Shown piece after piece: positions 17,793 through 25,825 of a stretch of 32,000 bases of DNA (positions within the stretch are counted from its first letter, which is position 1; the number at the start of each line of letters is the position of its first letter). The notes beneath the pieces were generated by a model. It was not told where the DNA came from, did no database searches, and saw only the letters and a list, made by a program, of their open reading frames with translations. The stretch covers positions 30,001 through 62,000 of the forward strand of contig NZ_PQWO01000004.1 in the NCBI RefSeq assembly GCF_003231495.1. Reading direction: 5' to 3'. The DNA is from Acaryochloris thomasi RCC1774 (GTDB lineage Bacteria > Cyanobacteriota > Cyanobacteriia > Thermosynechococcales > Thermosynechococcaceae). The position numbers were made by a program, and so were the translations under genes.

Positions 17793-19598
17793 TTATTGTG
17801 ATTTAACATTCCCTAAGCACGGTGGCGGCTCTAGGCCAAGAGCTTGTTCCAGAGTCCAACCTAAGAACTTACGCTTTGAGAAAGTGCCTTTTTTTACCCC
17901 AAAGTGTGTGGCTGCTGCTGCATGGCTAGGAAAGTCGATACCATTAATCCGACAAGGTTTTAGAGAACTTTTCTTATCTAGAGGTACTTTTCTTGTCAAG
18001 CGATCTTTGGCTTGATGATAGGTCAGATTATATTTTGGGGCTAAGGCGACTGCCGCAGCATGTCTGCTTTTGTATCTAATTCCTTGATACTCAAAAGATT
18101 TTCCGCTACTTGGTCCTTTCGGCTTGGTTACGGCCTCTTCTGGTGTCATACCTTGATTATTAATACGGTATTTGAGAGTGCTTGTACCTAGCCCAAAGGC
18201 TTCTGCAAGTGCCTTTATAGACGGATATTCTTTACCAAATGCGGTTTGAACTTTTCCGTGAACACGCTCAACCTTTGATTGGACGCTTACCCATTCAACG
18301 TTATCTACTTGCCATGGCAACCTGTCATCAATTCGAATGATATGGTGTGCTGACTTTTCGTATTGGCCGATATCTTCAAACCATTGATCATAATCTTTCC
18401 ACTCATCACAGATTTCTCCAGGACTTGTGTACCTATTTCACATTGATTTCCAACGTCGCCAAATACCTGTTCCTGCCATCTGGTGATCGGAATGAGTTCT
18501 TGCGGGTTCAGTCAACTCCTTATAACTGCGGATCCCTTTTCCATAGCGTTTGATAATTACATGTTGAGCGACTCCAGACTCTTCATAGAGTTCTTCGGCT
18601 AATCCTGCAATACCAATAAATTTTCGTTCCCCTATATAAATGATTTTTCCCCTGCGTCGAGCTGTCTCAGCACCTGCCACCGAGTTATATCCCTTCGGTG
18701 TCAAAGTATCCGAATTCTTAATCCAGTATGATTCTCTAGAACCCAATAGTGTTTCATGAATATTGTTCTCTAAGACCTCTAGACGAAATGATTCACTACC
18801 ATATTTCCGAATTGCCTTGTGAAAAATTGTATTACTTCCCTCCTTAGCACTTTGTTGATGACCATTCCATCTCTTTTGGGCAGAGAAATATGTCCGACCA
18901 ACATAAGACAATCCTGTTTTTGTACAGTTTATTTTATAAATTAGACCTTTTGAGGAGGGAGGGGCAAAATATTCCGGCCATATGTCAATCTTTTGGCTTA
19001 TATAGCTATCACCTTTACTCCGGTTCTTGAAAGTTCCATATTCTTCTTCCAGACCAACTAATTTTAAAAATAGCTTCAAAGACGGGAATGTCGAGCCTGT
19101 ATGTTCAGAGAACTGCTGCCCTGTGTAAGTAAATGGCTTCGAGTTCCCTGCCGGGTATTTTTCTCTGTATTCTTGAATATCAAGATTCAATGCATCGATT
19201 ATCTGAATATCCTTTAAAGGAATACTAAATCTTTTTTCAAGCTTCCTCAGCCGTTGTTGGAAACGCTTATAGCTGCCACTATTTTCGTCTCTACAGGCAT
19301 TGTACAGTTCTTGACGCTGCCACTTCCTGCCTTTGAATTGTATGTATGAACGTCTAGTTCCGTACTTTAATCGGTAATCACTCACACTCATGAAGAGAGC
19401 ATCATGTAAGCGTTCATGTGGTATCTCAGTCGCAACTTTATGATATTTTCTGCAATATCCAAAAATCCTGCTTCCGACCTGTGAATTTGATGCTGTAGCA
19501 CTGACTTCCCGACACAAATCCTTAATGGTTTGATATGTTTTTCCTAAGTAGATAACAGTTGTTCCTTGTCTTTGCGCTGTCTTTTTTAGCTCTTCCAT
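17793..19598 (-). pseudogene. Free-standing GIY-YIG homing-endonuclease-like gene interrupted by a single in-frame TGA (18438-18440)
   Basis: ORFs 18438-19598 and 17793-18320 are in the same frame. The GIY-YIG domain reads GLIYKINCTKTGLSYVGRT...KRWNGH...FHKAIRKYG..FRLEVLE...RESYWI...GYN. My translation across the stop gives ...IWRRWKSM*NRYTSPGEICDEWKDYDQWFEDIGQYEKSAHHIIRIDDRLPWQVDNVEWVS with no other stop. The downstream part has three NUMOD-like helix-turn-helix repeats (for example PSIKALAEAFGLGTSTLKYRI and FPSHAAAATHFGVKKGTFSKR). The region is AT-rich. Confidence 0.7.
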
Positions 19599-19818
19599 CT
19601 AGTTATAATAAATAAGGAATAACTCACATAAATATCTAATAAGTATTCCCACTCTTAGACTGGAATTAGCTTTTCTATTACTTGAACGTCTGTAAATATT
19701 GAAGATCTGAAATGATTAGAGATACAAGTCCAGCCGATTCTTACAATTTCTATCTCGAGTATCAAAACCGTTGGAGTCTAAAGGACAAGTGCCTAATTGG
19801 GTGTAAATGGGTGTATAA

Positions 19819-20863
19819 ATGGGTATGTTCCCCACCGCCTCATTGCAAATCACCCAGGAAATACTCCTCCTGATCGCCGAGATCGATGAATTCAAAGGAG
19901 CTTGGCGTGCCCTAGGTTCCCTTGCACCAGAACGACTATCAGCCCTCCGGCGAGTTGCCACCATCGAAAGCATTGGCTCCTCAACTCGTATCGAAGGCAG
20001 CAAGCTCTCAGACAGAGACGTTGAGCAGCTTCTATTCAGCCTAGAAGTCAACCCGCGATCAGCAGGAAGTCGCAGGCTATGCCGAGGTCATGGAAACAGT
20101 CTTCACGTCAGGGTCAGCCATTGCGATCACAGAGAATCACATCAAACAGCTTCATCGTGACCTCCTGCGCCACAGCAATAAAGACGATTGGCATCGAGGC
20201 AATTACAAGACCTCATCGAATAGCGTCGCCGCCTTTGACGCAGACGGAAACCCAGTCGGCATTGTATTCGAGACCGCCACCCCATTTGACACGCCCCGTC
20301 TCATGGCTGAACTCGTGGCCTGGTTCAACGAAACGACCCAAGAAAAGACACTTCATCCTCTGCTTACCATCGGCATTTTTGCAGTCGTATTTTTAGAAAT
20401 TCATCCCTTTCAAGATGGTAACGGTCGCCTGAGCCGGGTCTTAACCACTCTGCTACTGCTTCAGGCAGGCTATACCTATGTCCCATACAGCTCTCTTGAA
20501 AGCGTCATTGAACAAAACAAAGAAGGTTATTCTCTTGCGCTACGCCAAACGCAAGGGACAATCCGCACCAATATCCCTGACTGGACACCTTGGCTGTTAT
20601 TTTTCCTAAAGGCTCTGCAGCACCAAATGCTGCGGCTCCGCACAAAAGTCGAACGGGAGAAATTACTGCTGGCAAAGCTCCCCAAGCTATCAGTACAAAT
20701 TCTGGACCATGCCCGCAATCATGGCCGCATCACAATTGGCGATGCTGTGACCTTAACGGGAGCAAACCGAAATACTCTAAAGCAACACTTTCAGAACCTA
20801 CAGAAGCGCGGCCTACTTGTACTGCATGGTAGTGGACGCGGTGCATGGTACAGCCTTGCATAG
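19819..20863 (+). pseudogene. Fic-family (AMPylase-type) protein gene carrying a frameshift near 20045-20056
   Basis: The Fic motif HPFQDGNGRLSR lies in ORF 20090-20863. ORF 19819-20160 encodes the family's N-terminal part (IDEFKGAW...VATIESIGSSTRIEGSKLSDRDVEQLL). The expected continuation SRDQQEVAGYAEVMETVF is read in the next frame, which opens after a TAG at 20042-20044. Confidence 0.7.
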
Positions 20864-20885
20864 CTCAGGGATCAGTACTCAACCG

Positions 20886-21050
20886 CTACGCAAACTCCTG
20901 ATGAGCTTGCTTAACTTTGCTCATAGTGACTGGGAGAGGAAGGTTCTCCTCCATCGCCGCCAGCAGAAACTCACGAGCGAATTCAGGATCCTTCAAATCC
21001 TCAGCTAAACCGATATTCCAATCTCGACTACGTTCTTGTTGAAACATCAT
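20886..21050 (-). CDS. 54-aa ORF below the ORF-track cut-off; looks like the N-terminal fragment of an HTH-type addiction-module antidote protein
   Basis: My translation is MMFQQERSRDWNIGLAEDLKDPEFAREFLLAAMEENLPLPVTMSKVKQAHQEFA. The motif DW..GL.EDLKDPEFA.EFL.AA.EE is what I recall from the N-termini of cyanobacterial HigA-like antidotes. The HTH part itself is missing. The ORF lies 19 nt downstream of hepT. Confidence 0.35.
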   Translation of the reverse strand: MMFQQERSRDWNIGLAEDLKDPEFAREFLLAAMEENLPLPVTMSKVKQAHQEFA

Positions 21051-21068
21051 TTCCGTTGCCAACAAAAA

Positions 21069-21437
21069 TCATTCTGATGCATTATCTGGCTCTTCACTCG
21101 GTGGCAACAAAATCTCTAATTTTTCCAAGATCTCGGGCAGATCCGCAGCCAACACCGACCAAATCCGCTCAGCCCGAATTTGGTCATAGCGATGAGCAAT
21201 TACATTGCGTAACCCAATTATTCCAGCCCAATCCACCCCAGGATGAGCTTGCTGAGATTCAGATGATAGACGGCGAGCGGCCTCACCTAATATTTCTAGC
21301 TGTCGCTCTACAGCACTCTGAATCAGTTCACTATCGAGATACGCTTCAGAGGAGACTCCAGTTGTAAATGCTTGAATGCGCTGTATTGCTTGCACCATAT
21401 CCCAAATAGAGGCGGCATCACGGTCATCGAGAGGCAT
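21069..21437 (-). CDS. hepT: HepT (DUF86) RNase toxin of a type VII MNT-HepT toxin-antitoxin pair
   Basis: 122-aa ORF. The Rx4HxY motif is present as RNVIAHRY. LEILGEAARRL is typical of DUF86. The ORF overlaps the MNT gene by 14 nt. Confidence 0.85.
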   Translation of the reverse strand: MPLDDRDAASIWDMVQAIQRIQAFTTGVSSEAYLDSELIQSAVERQLEILGEAARRLSSESQQAHPGVDWAGIIGLRNVIAHRYDQIRAERIWSVLAADLPEILEKLEILLPPSEEPDNASE

Positions 21438-21768
21438 AAATCACCTTATGAGTCCGCATGATTTCAGCTCGACGGTAGGGATTTGTAAGCTGTTCCTTCT
21501 CGGCTACATCTACCTGACGCCCAAAGAGTCTCTCTAGCTCATCCTTCATACGGACCCAATCTAAAAGGCTCCAGGAGTCTCCAGAGGCGAAGCACACTAA
21601 AATATCCACGTCACTATCGGCCCGGAAATCGTTCCGCAGCACTGAACCGAACAGAGATAGTTCTGAAATCATCCAGCGATCGCAAAATCCTGCCAGCACC
21701 GACTCAGAAATCTGCAAGCGCTCCCAAATCAACTGATTTAGATCCGCAGAACTTGCCTGAATTGCCAT
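21424..21768 (-). CDS. mntA: MNT minimal nucleotidyltransferase antitoxin
   Basis: 114-aa ORF. The nucleotidyltransferase motif LSLFGSVLRNDFRADSDVDILV (GS...SDxD) is present, and the gene lies immediately upstream of hepT. Confidence 0.85.
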   Translation of the reverse strand: MAIQASSADLNQLIWERLQISESVLAGFCDRWMISELSLFGSVLRNDFRADSDVDILVCFASGDSWSLLDWVRMKDELERLFGRQVDVAEKEQLTNPYRRAEIMRTHKVIYASR

Positions 21769-22002
21769 CTCACATCCTCAAGGCTCCACTCAGATCATGA
21801 CACGGTAAATGCGAGACAGCCAGAAAACGTTTTCTCACACTCTGCTCAAACTCCAAAGCCTAATTCTCTTGGGTGACAGTCGCGATAGAGCTGCGAAAAT
21901 CGTGGAAGCTGAAGGTAGGGGGATGCGATCGCACAAACATACAACGTATGGGGAGAACTGCCTGCCAGTGACGATATGAGACCTAACGCCCAAGCAACGA
22001 TA

Positions 22003-23220
22003 CTACTGATGGGCAACTGTTACAGTCACACCACCATCATTCGGGAGTAGCAACGCGACCCGTGCTGCAGGAACCAGAGGGACCAGTGAAATTGGTTGGC
22101 CCTTTCCAAAATCTAGCTCTCCTAACGGAATCCGCGACAGATTGGTCACCAGCAGTCCTGCGGTTGGATCAGAGACGTGTAGATGCGACATTTTCTCCAT
22201 TCCATAGGTTTCGCGATAGGCTTCCAGGGAGGCTAGTGCTTGCTCAATATCAGTTGTCCTTTGTCCTAAAATCATTGCGTTCAATCGCTGAGCAATTTCT
22301 GCTAGGGATAGACTATACATCTCTGCCAGCGTCAACTGACAGGTCGCACCTCTAATAGCATTGCCGAAATAGTTCAGCGGAATAACCTTGCGATAGATTC
22401 TGCGGAAATCAACGGCACAGTTGAGCGTCAGTACTGTCGCAGGATCAGCCTCAGGGTGCCACCGCTGACTATATTGTTTCCATAGATAGGCACACAGAAC
22501 TGCGTTATCGGAGAATTTTCCAGGCAGACAGCTCTCTTTCAAAGCAGTGAGTGACGAGTGAGAAATAGGAAAAGATTCCCACGCAATTGCATCTATGTCA
22601 GGAAACTGGCGTTCTCCTTTGATGAATAACCCTGTGTTCTGACTAAACGCGGTATCGAAATCACGATCATCAAGCCCTGCGTCCTTGTTGTTGGATACTG
22701 AAAGCAGCCTATCGCGCTCATGATTAGGAATTCGATAGGTTTCTCCTCGACATGCTTTTGCCCAGGATGATAAAAAGTAAAAGAAGCTATAGCCGTCTAC
22801 CAGGCAGTGAGCCATATTGACTACCAGTGCGGATCCGTTGTGATACTGGTGCAGGCAAAATCGAGCCAGAGGTTTATCGGCTTCGGCCTTAACTTCTAAA
22901 GAGTATGCCGCCAATTCAGAGGGCAAAGTTGCGATCGCAATTCTCTCATCGCTAGAATGCTCCACAACTTCTAGCTTGGTAGGCTCTGAACAGGGTTGAA
23001 TATAGGCTCTATTGTGCTTAAAGACCAATTGACCGCTTACAGGATAGAAATGAGTGAGAGTCTTCTGCAGTGACTCGCTCAATGACTTCGCAGACAAGAT
23101 ATGGTCATAAAAAATGACGAACTGAATGGAATAGGGATTGCGACCCGTGAACGGATAGTCAGGGGGAGCCAATGGGATGGAAAATGTCGGTTGTTGACTC
23201 ATGAAGCTCCGTGTGGACAA
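22003..23220 (-). CDS. BAHD / HXXXD-type acyltransferase (plant-type Transferase family or condensation-like fold)
   Basis: 405-aa ORF. HXXXD occurs in NMAHCLVDGYSFFYF, and a DFGWG-like motif (LDFGKGQP) lies near the C-terminus at the family-typical spacing. Confidence 0.65.
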   Translation of the reverse strand: MSTRSFMSQQPTFSIPLAPPDYPFTGRNPYSIQFVIFYDHILSAKSLSESLQKTLTHFYPVSGQLVFKHNRAYIQPCSEPTKLEVVEHSSDERIAIATLPSELAAYSLEVKAEADKPLARFCLHQYHNGSALVVNMAHCLVDGYSFFYFLSSWAKACRGETYRIPNHERDRLLSVSNNKDAGLDDRDFDTAFSQNTGLFIKGERQFPDIDAIAWESFPISHSSLTALKESCLPGKFSDNAVLCAYLWKQYSQRWHPEADPATVLTLNCAVDFRRIYRKVIPLNYFGNAIRGATCQLTLAEMYSLSLAEIAQRLNAMILGQRTTDIEQALASLEAYRETYGMEKMSHLHVSDPTAGLLVTNLSRIPLGELDFGKGQPISLVPLVPAARVALLLPNDGGVTVTVAHQ

Positions 23221-23338
23221 AGGACATGCACTCTACTATTCACCATGATTGTGTAGGAGGGTTTGTGTCAATCAGCTTCAGCAGACGCTCCCGATGAGAT
23301 CAAACAGGTTTTGTTGCCCTTCACGAGACTCAATCGAC

Positions 23339-24577
23339 ATGAATCAGCACAGCCCCAAAAATACGGAATCTTCCGCTGCTGAGAAAGGCCCGTGCTCAAA
23401 CTTACATCCTCGGTATTTATCGCACCAGTCAAGATGTGCACACCTAGCATCTGATGGACCGGCAGGGTCTCTCCGTCATCATTCCTTCGGTCTTTTACGT
23501 GATCCCGAAGCCGTTAAGTCAGAGATCCTGATGGCGGCTGATTCTATTCGAGACGCAGGACATTTCCATATTCTGAAGGCAACCCCTCAAAGTTGCTTCT
23601 GGGGGTTCTTCGACCGCGACTTGCCCTCTGTTCTAACCATCGATTCAGGAGATATTGTCTATGTAGAAGCCCTGACCCATCGGGCTGGAGATGCGCCCGA
23701 TGTGATGATGGATGAGGGAATCGCAGCAGTTTACAGTCAAATTACCGATCGGGGGCCGGGTGGTCACCTGATGACAGGTCCGATCAAAGTCAACGGAGCG
23801 CAGTCAGGCGATACCTTAATGGTCCGGGTTTTGAAGACAGAGCCTCGCCTTCCCTATGGCAGTAATCTTGCGGCTCGTTGGGGCTATCTCTACGATGCCT
23901 TTAAAAAAGAGCGAATTACCATTTATAAGCTTGATCTCAATGCAGGATTAGCGTATCCAGAATTTGGTTTTGATCTGCAGGGCGATGCGCTGTGCAACAA
24001 GCCCGGGCTGATTTACCCCCCTGATTCCGCTCGTCAACCGTTCCAGGCCAAGGTTGCTGTCCCCATGCGCCCTCACTTTGGCGTCATGGGTGTTGCACCG
24101 GCTGCAAGGGGTCGAGTGAGTAGTGTTCCACCCGGGGCTTTCGGAGGAAATATTGATAACTGGCGTTTAGGTGCAGGTGCCACTATGTACTATCCCATTT
24201 GCAATGAAGGAGCCAACTTTTTCGTTGGCGATCCTCACATGGCCCAAGGCGATGCAGAGCTTTCTGGAACCGCTATTGAGGCTTCTATGAATGCTTATTT
24301 GCAGATTTTTGTGATTCATGACTTCCCCATTTCCAATCCAATTCTAGAAACAGATGCTTATTGGATTACCCACGGTTTCGATGAGGATTTGAATCACGCC
24401 ATGCGGCAGTCAGCAGAAGAAATGCTGGATTTTTTGGTCAATAAGCGCGGGATTAGTGCTGATGAAGCTTATTCACTCATGTCAGTGGCGGTAGATTTTG
24501 GGATTACGCAGGTTGTCGATACCAAGCGAGGCTGTCATGCAGCGTTGCCAAAAGACCTATTTACAATGGACCTGTAA
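23339..24577 (+). CDS. Acetamidase/formamidase (FmdA/AmdA) family amidohydrolase
   Basis: GGNIDNWRLGAGATMYYPICNEGANFFVGDPHMAQGDAELSGTAIEASM is typical of the family. The ORF opens with TTG at 23249. Candidate ATGs lie at 23294, 23339 and 23531. The conserved region begins near MAADSIRDAGHFH (23531), so the real start may be 23531. Confidence 0.75.
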   Translation: MNQHSPKNTESSAAEKGPCSNLHPRYLSHQSRCAHLASDGPAGSLRHHSFGLLRDPEAVKSEILMAADSIRDAGHFHILKATPQSCFWGFFDRDLPSVLTIDSGDIVYVEALTHRAGDAPDVMMDEGIAAVYSQITDRGPGGHLMTGPIKVNGAQSGDTLMVRVLKTEPRLPYGSNLAARWGYLYDAFKKERITIYKLDLNAGLAYPEFGFDLQGDALCNKPGLIYPPDSARQPFQAKVAVPMRPHFGVMGVAPAARGRVSSVPPGAFGGNIDNWRLGAGATMYYPICNEGANFFVGDPHMAQGDAELSGTAIEASMNAYLQIFVIHDFPISNPILETDAYWITHGFDEDLNHAMRQSAEEMLDFLVNKRGISADEAYSLMSVAVDFGITQVVDTKRGCHAALPKDLFTMDL

Positions 24578-24755
24578 AGTTAGTTTTCAGTCATGCTCCC
24601 AAGTATTCTAAAGATGGTGGCCTGCTGTGTCTGCCCATCTTGCACCGAAGGTTCTGGGGCTGAAAATATCAAAAAAGTTTTCTGGCAGATAGTTTTTTCT
24701 TTAAAAAGCTTTTACACTCTTGGTAGTTTGGGATTTCTCGCTTGGGTCAGGACCT

Positions 24756-25640
24756 ATGGAAGAGACCGGCTTGCCCTTATTGGGACAACTGATTTACACC
24801 AGCTTTGAGCAAGAGGGATTTAAACTTCTTGCGAGTGAACAAGTTCCCACACAAATTCAACAATTTTTTCACTGTCATATCGTTGACCGGCATTGGGACT
24901 CATTAGAGCCTCCTCCTCCCGAACATCGGGCCGTTTACTTATATCAGACAACATTGGCTGATTGTTTGTTTGGCTGGTTCTATAACGATGCGATGGACGA
25001 ATTCGGGCGTAACGTTCCGTATTTCATCTGCTATTACTACTCAGGGCAGCAGCACTCTGTCCCGTTGGACAAAATCTTTTCATGTTTGCACAAAGGACCA
25101 GTGGCTTGGTTGGATAGAAAGTATGTTCCAGCTTCTTTGGACCCGATCATCGTTCCCAGTCCACTGAGTTATCAACCGGTTCGAAAGGGAGTTGAAATTC
25201 CTGTTAACGTACGTCTACAGTGTGACCTTTCACTGCAGCAAAAGCATTTGCTCAACATCAGTACTTCGGCCTTCGCTCATCAGGGTTCTACGCCGCTTCA
25301 GGTGAATACAAACTCTACTCGTTCTCACACTCCTATTCTGAGGGAGACTAAACCTACCACTTACAATTCGCATATCGTGATTGTTGAAGTCCAAGGCTGG
25401 ATTGAGGCGATTCAAGCAATACAAGCGTTGAAGCAATGCAAAACTGTAATACTCAAGCTGCATCGGCTGGAGCCTATGTTTGTGCAACGGATAACAGATT
25501 TTGTTCGGGGTGGAATCTTTAGCATTGATGGTCGCGCTGAGTGGCTCAATGACCAAACGTTATTATTGCTGCCAAAGGCAGTAGCAAACAATCTCAGTAC
25601 ACATAATAACTCAGGGTATATGCATCGCTCGGCAAGTTAA
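24756..25640 (+). CDS. Protein with an unrecognised ~200-aa N-terminal domain fused to a C-terminal SepF (DUF552) domain
   Basis: C-terminal SHIVIVEVQGWIEAIQAIQALKQCKTVILKLHRLEPMFVQRITDFVRGGIFSIDGRAEWLNDQTLLLLPKAV aligns without gaps to B. subtilis SepF [72 protein letters not shown]. I do not recognise the N-terminal part (LIYTSFEQEGFKLLAS...LFGWFYNDAMDEFGRNVPYFICYYY). ATG is at 24756; the ORF opens with TTG at 24720. Confidence 0.6.
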   Translation: MEETGLPLLGQLIYTSFEQEGFKLLASEQVPTQIQQFFHCHIVDRHWDSLEPPPPEHRAVYLYQTTLADCLFGWFYNDAMDEFGRNVPYFICYYYSGQQHSVPLDKIFSCLHKGPVAWLDRKYVPASLDPIIVPSPLSYQPVRKGVEIPVNVRLQCDLSLQQKHLLNISTSAFAHQGSTPLQVNTNSTRSHTPILRETKPTTYNSHIVIVEVQGWIEAIQAIQALKQCKTVILKLHRLEPMFVQRITDFVRGGIFSIDGRAEWLNDQTLLLLPKAVANNLSTHNNSGYMHRSAS

Positions 25641-25825
25641 CAGGCTATGCTAAATTGCACGGCAAAGCTCTGCAAAGGTGCACTATTTCTACCGCCTGAT
25701 TATTCTTGAGAGGTAAGCGGATGCTCATGCTGCAGACAGGCGAGAATGCCGCGAACGGGGGCACGGCTCGAAGGTAGCGTTCTCGTCAGGAAACGATTTC
25801 TCCTACTCTTTAAAAAAGATAGCGC

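Noticed and set aside
19801-19827. Short direct repeats GTGTAAATGG / GTGTATAAATGG at the Fic start, considered as iterons
   Set aside because: There are only two short imperfect copies overlapping the start codon, which is insufficient evidence.
19716-20051. 111-aa minus-strand ORF overlapping the 5' end of the Fic gene
   Set aside because: It is antisense to recognisable Fic-family sequence, and its Arg/Ser-rich translation has no motifs.
20817-21008. 63-aa plus-strand ORF after the Fic gene
   Set aside because: The opposite strand encodes a peptide with recognisable antidote-like sequence (20886-21050). The plus-strand ORF has no features.
23249-23530. N-terminal ~94 codons of the formamidase ORF (TTG start at 23249)
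   Set aside because: This part is Cys/Arg/Ser-rich and not family-like, and family similarity begins near the ATG at 23531. It is probably 5' UTR or promoter shared with the divergent acyltransferase.
24593-24808. 71-aa ORF upstream of and overlapping the SepF-fusion gene
   Set aside because: It is Cys-rich with no similarity to anything I recognise, and it overlaps the better-supported ATG at 24756.
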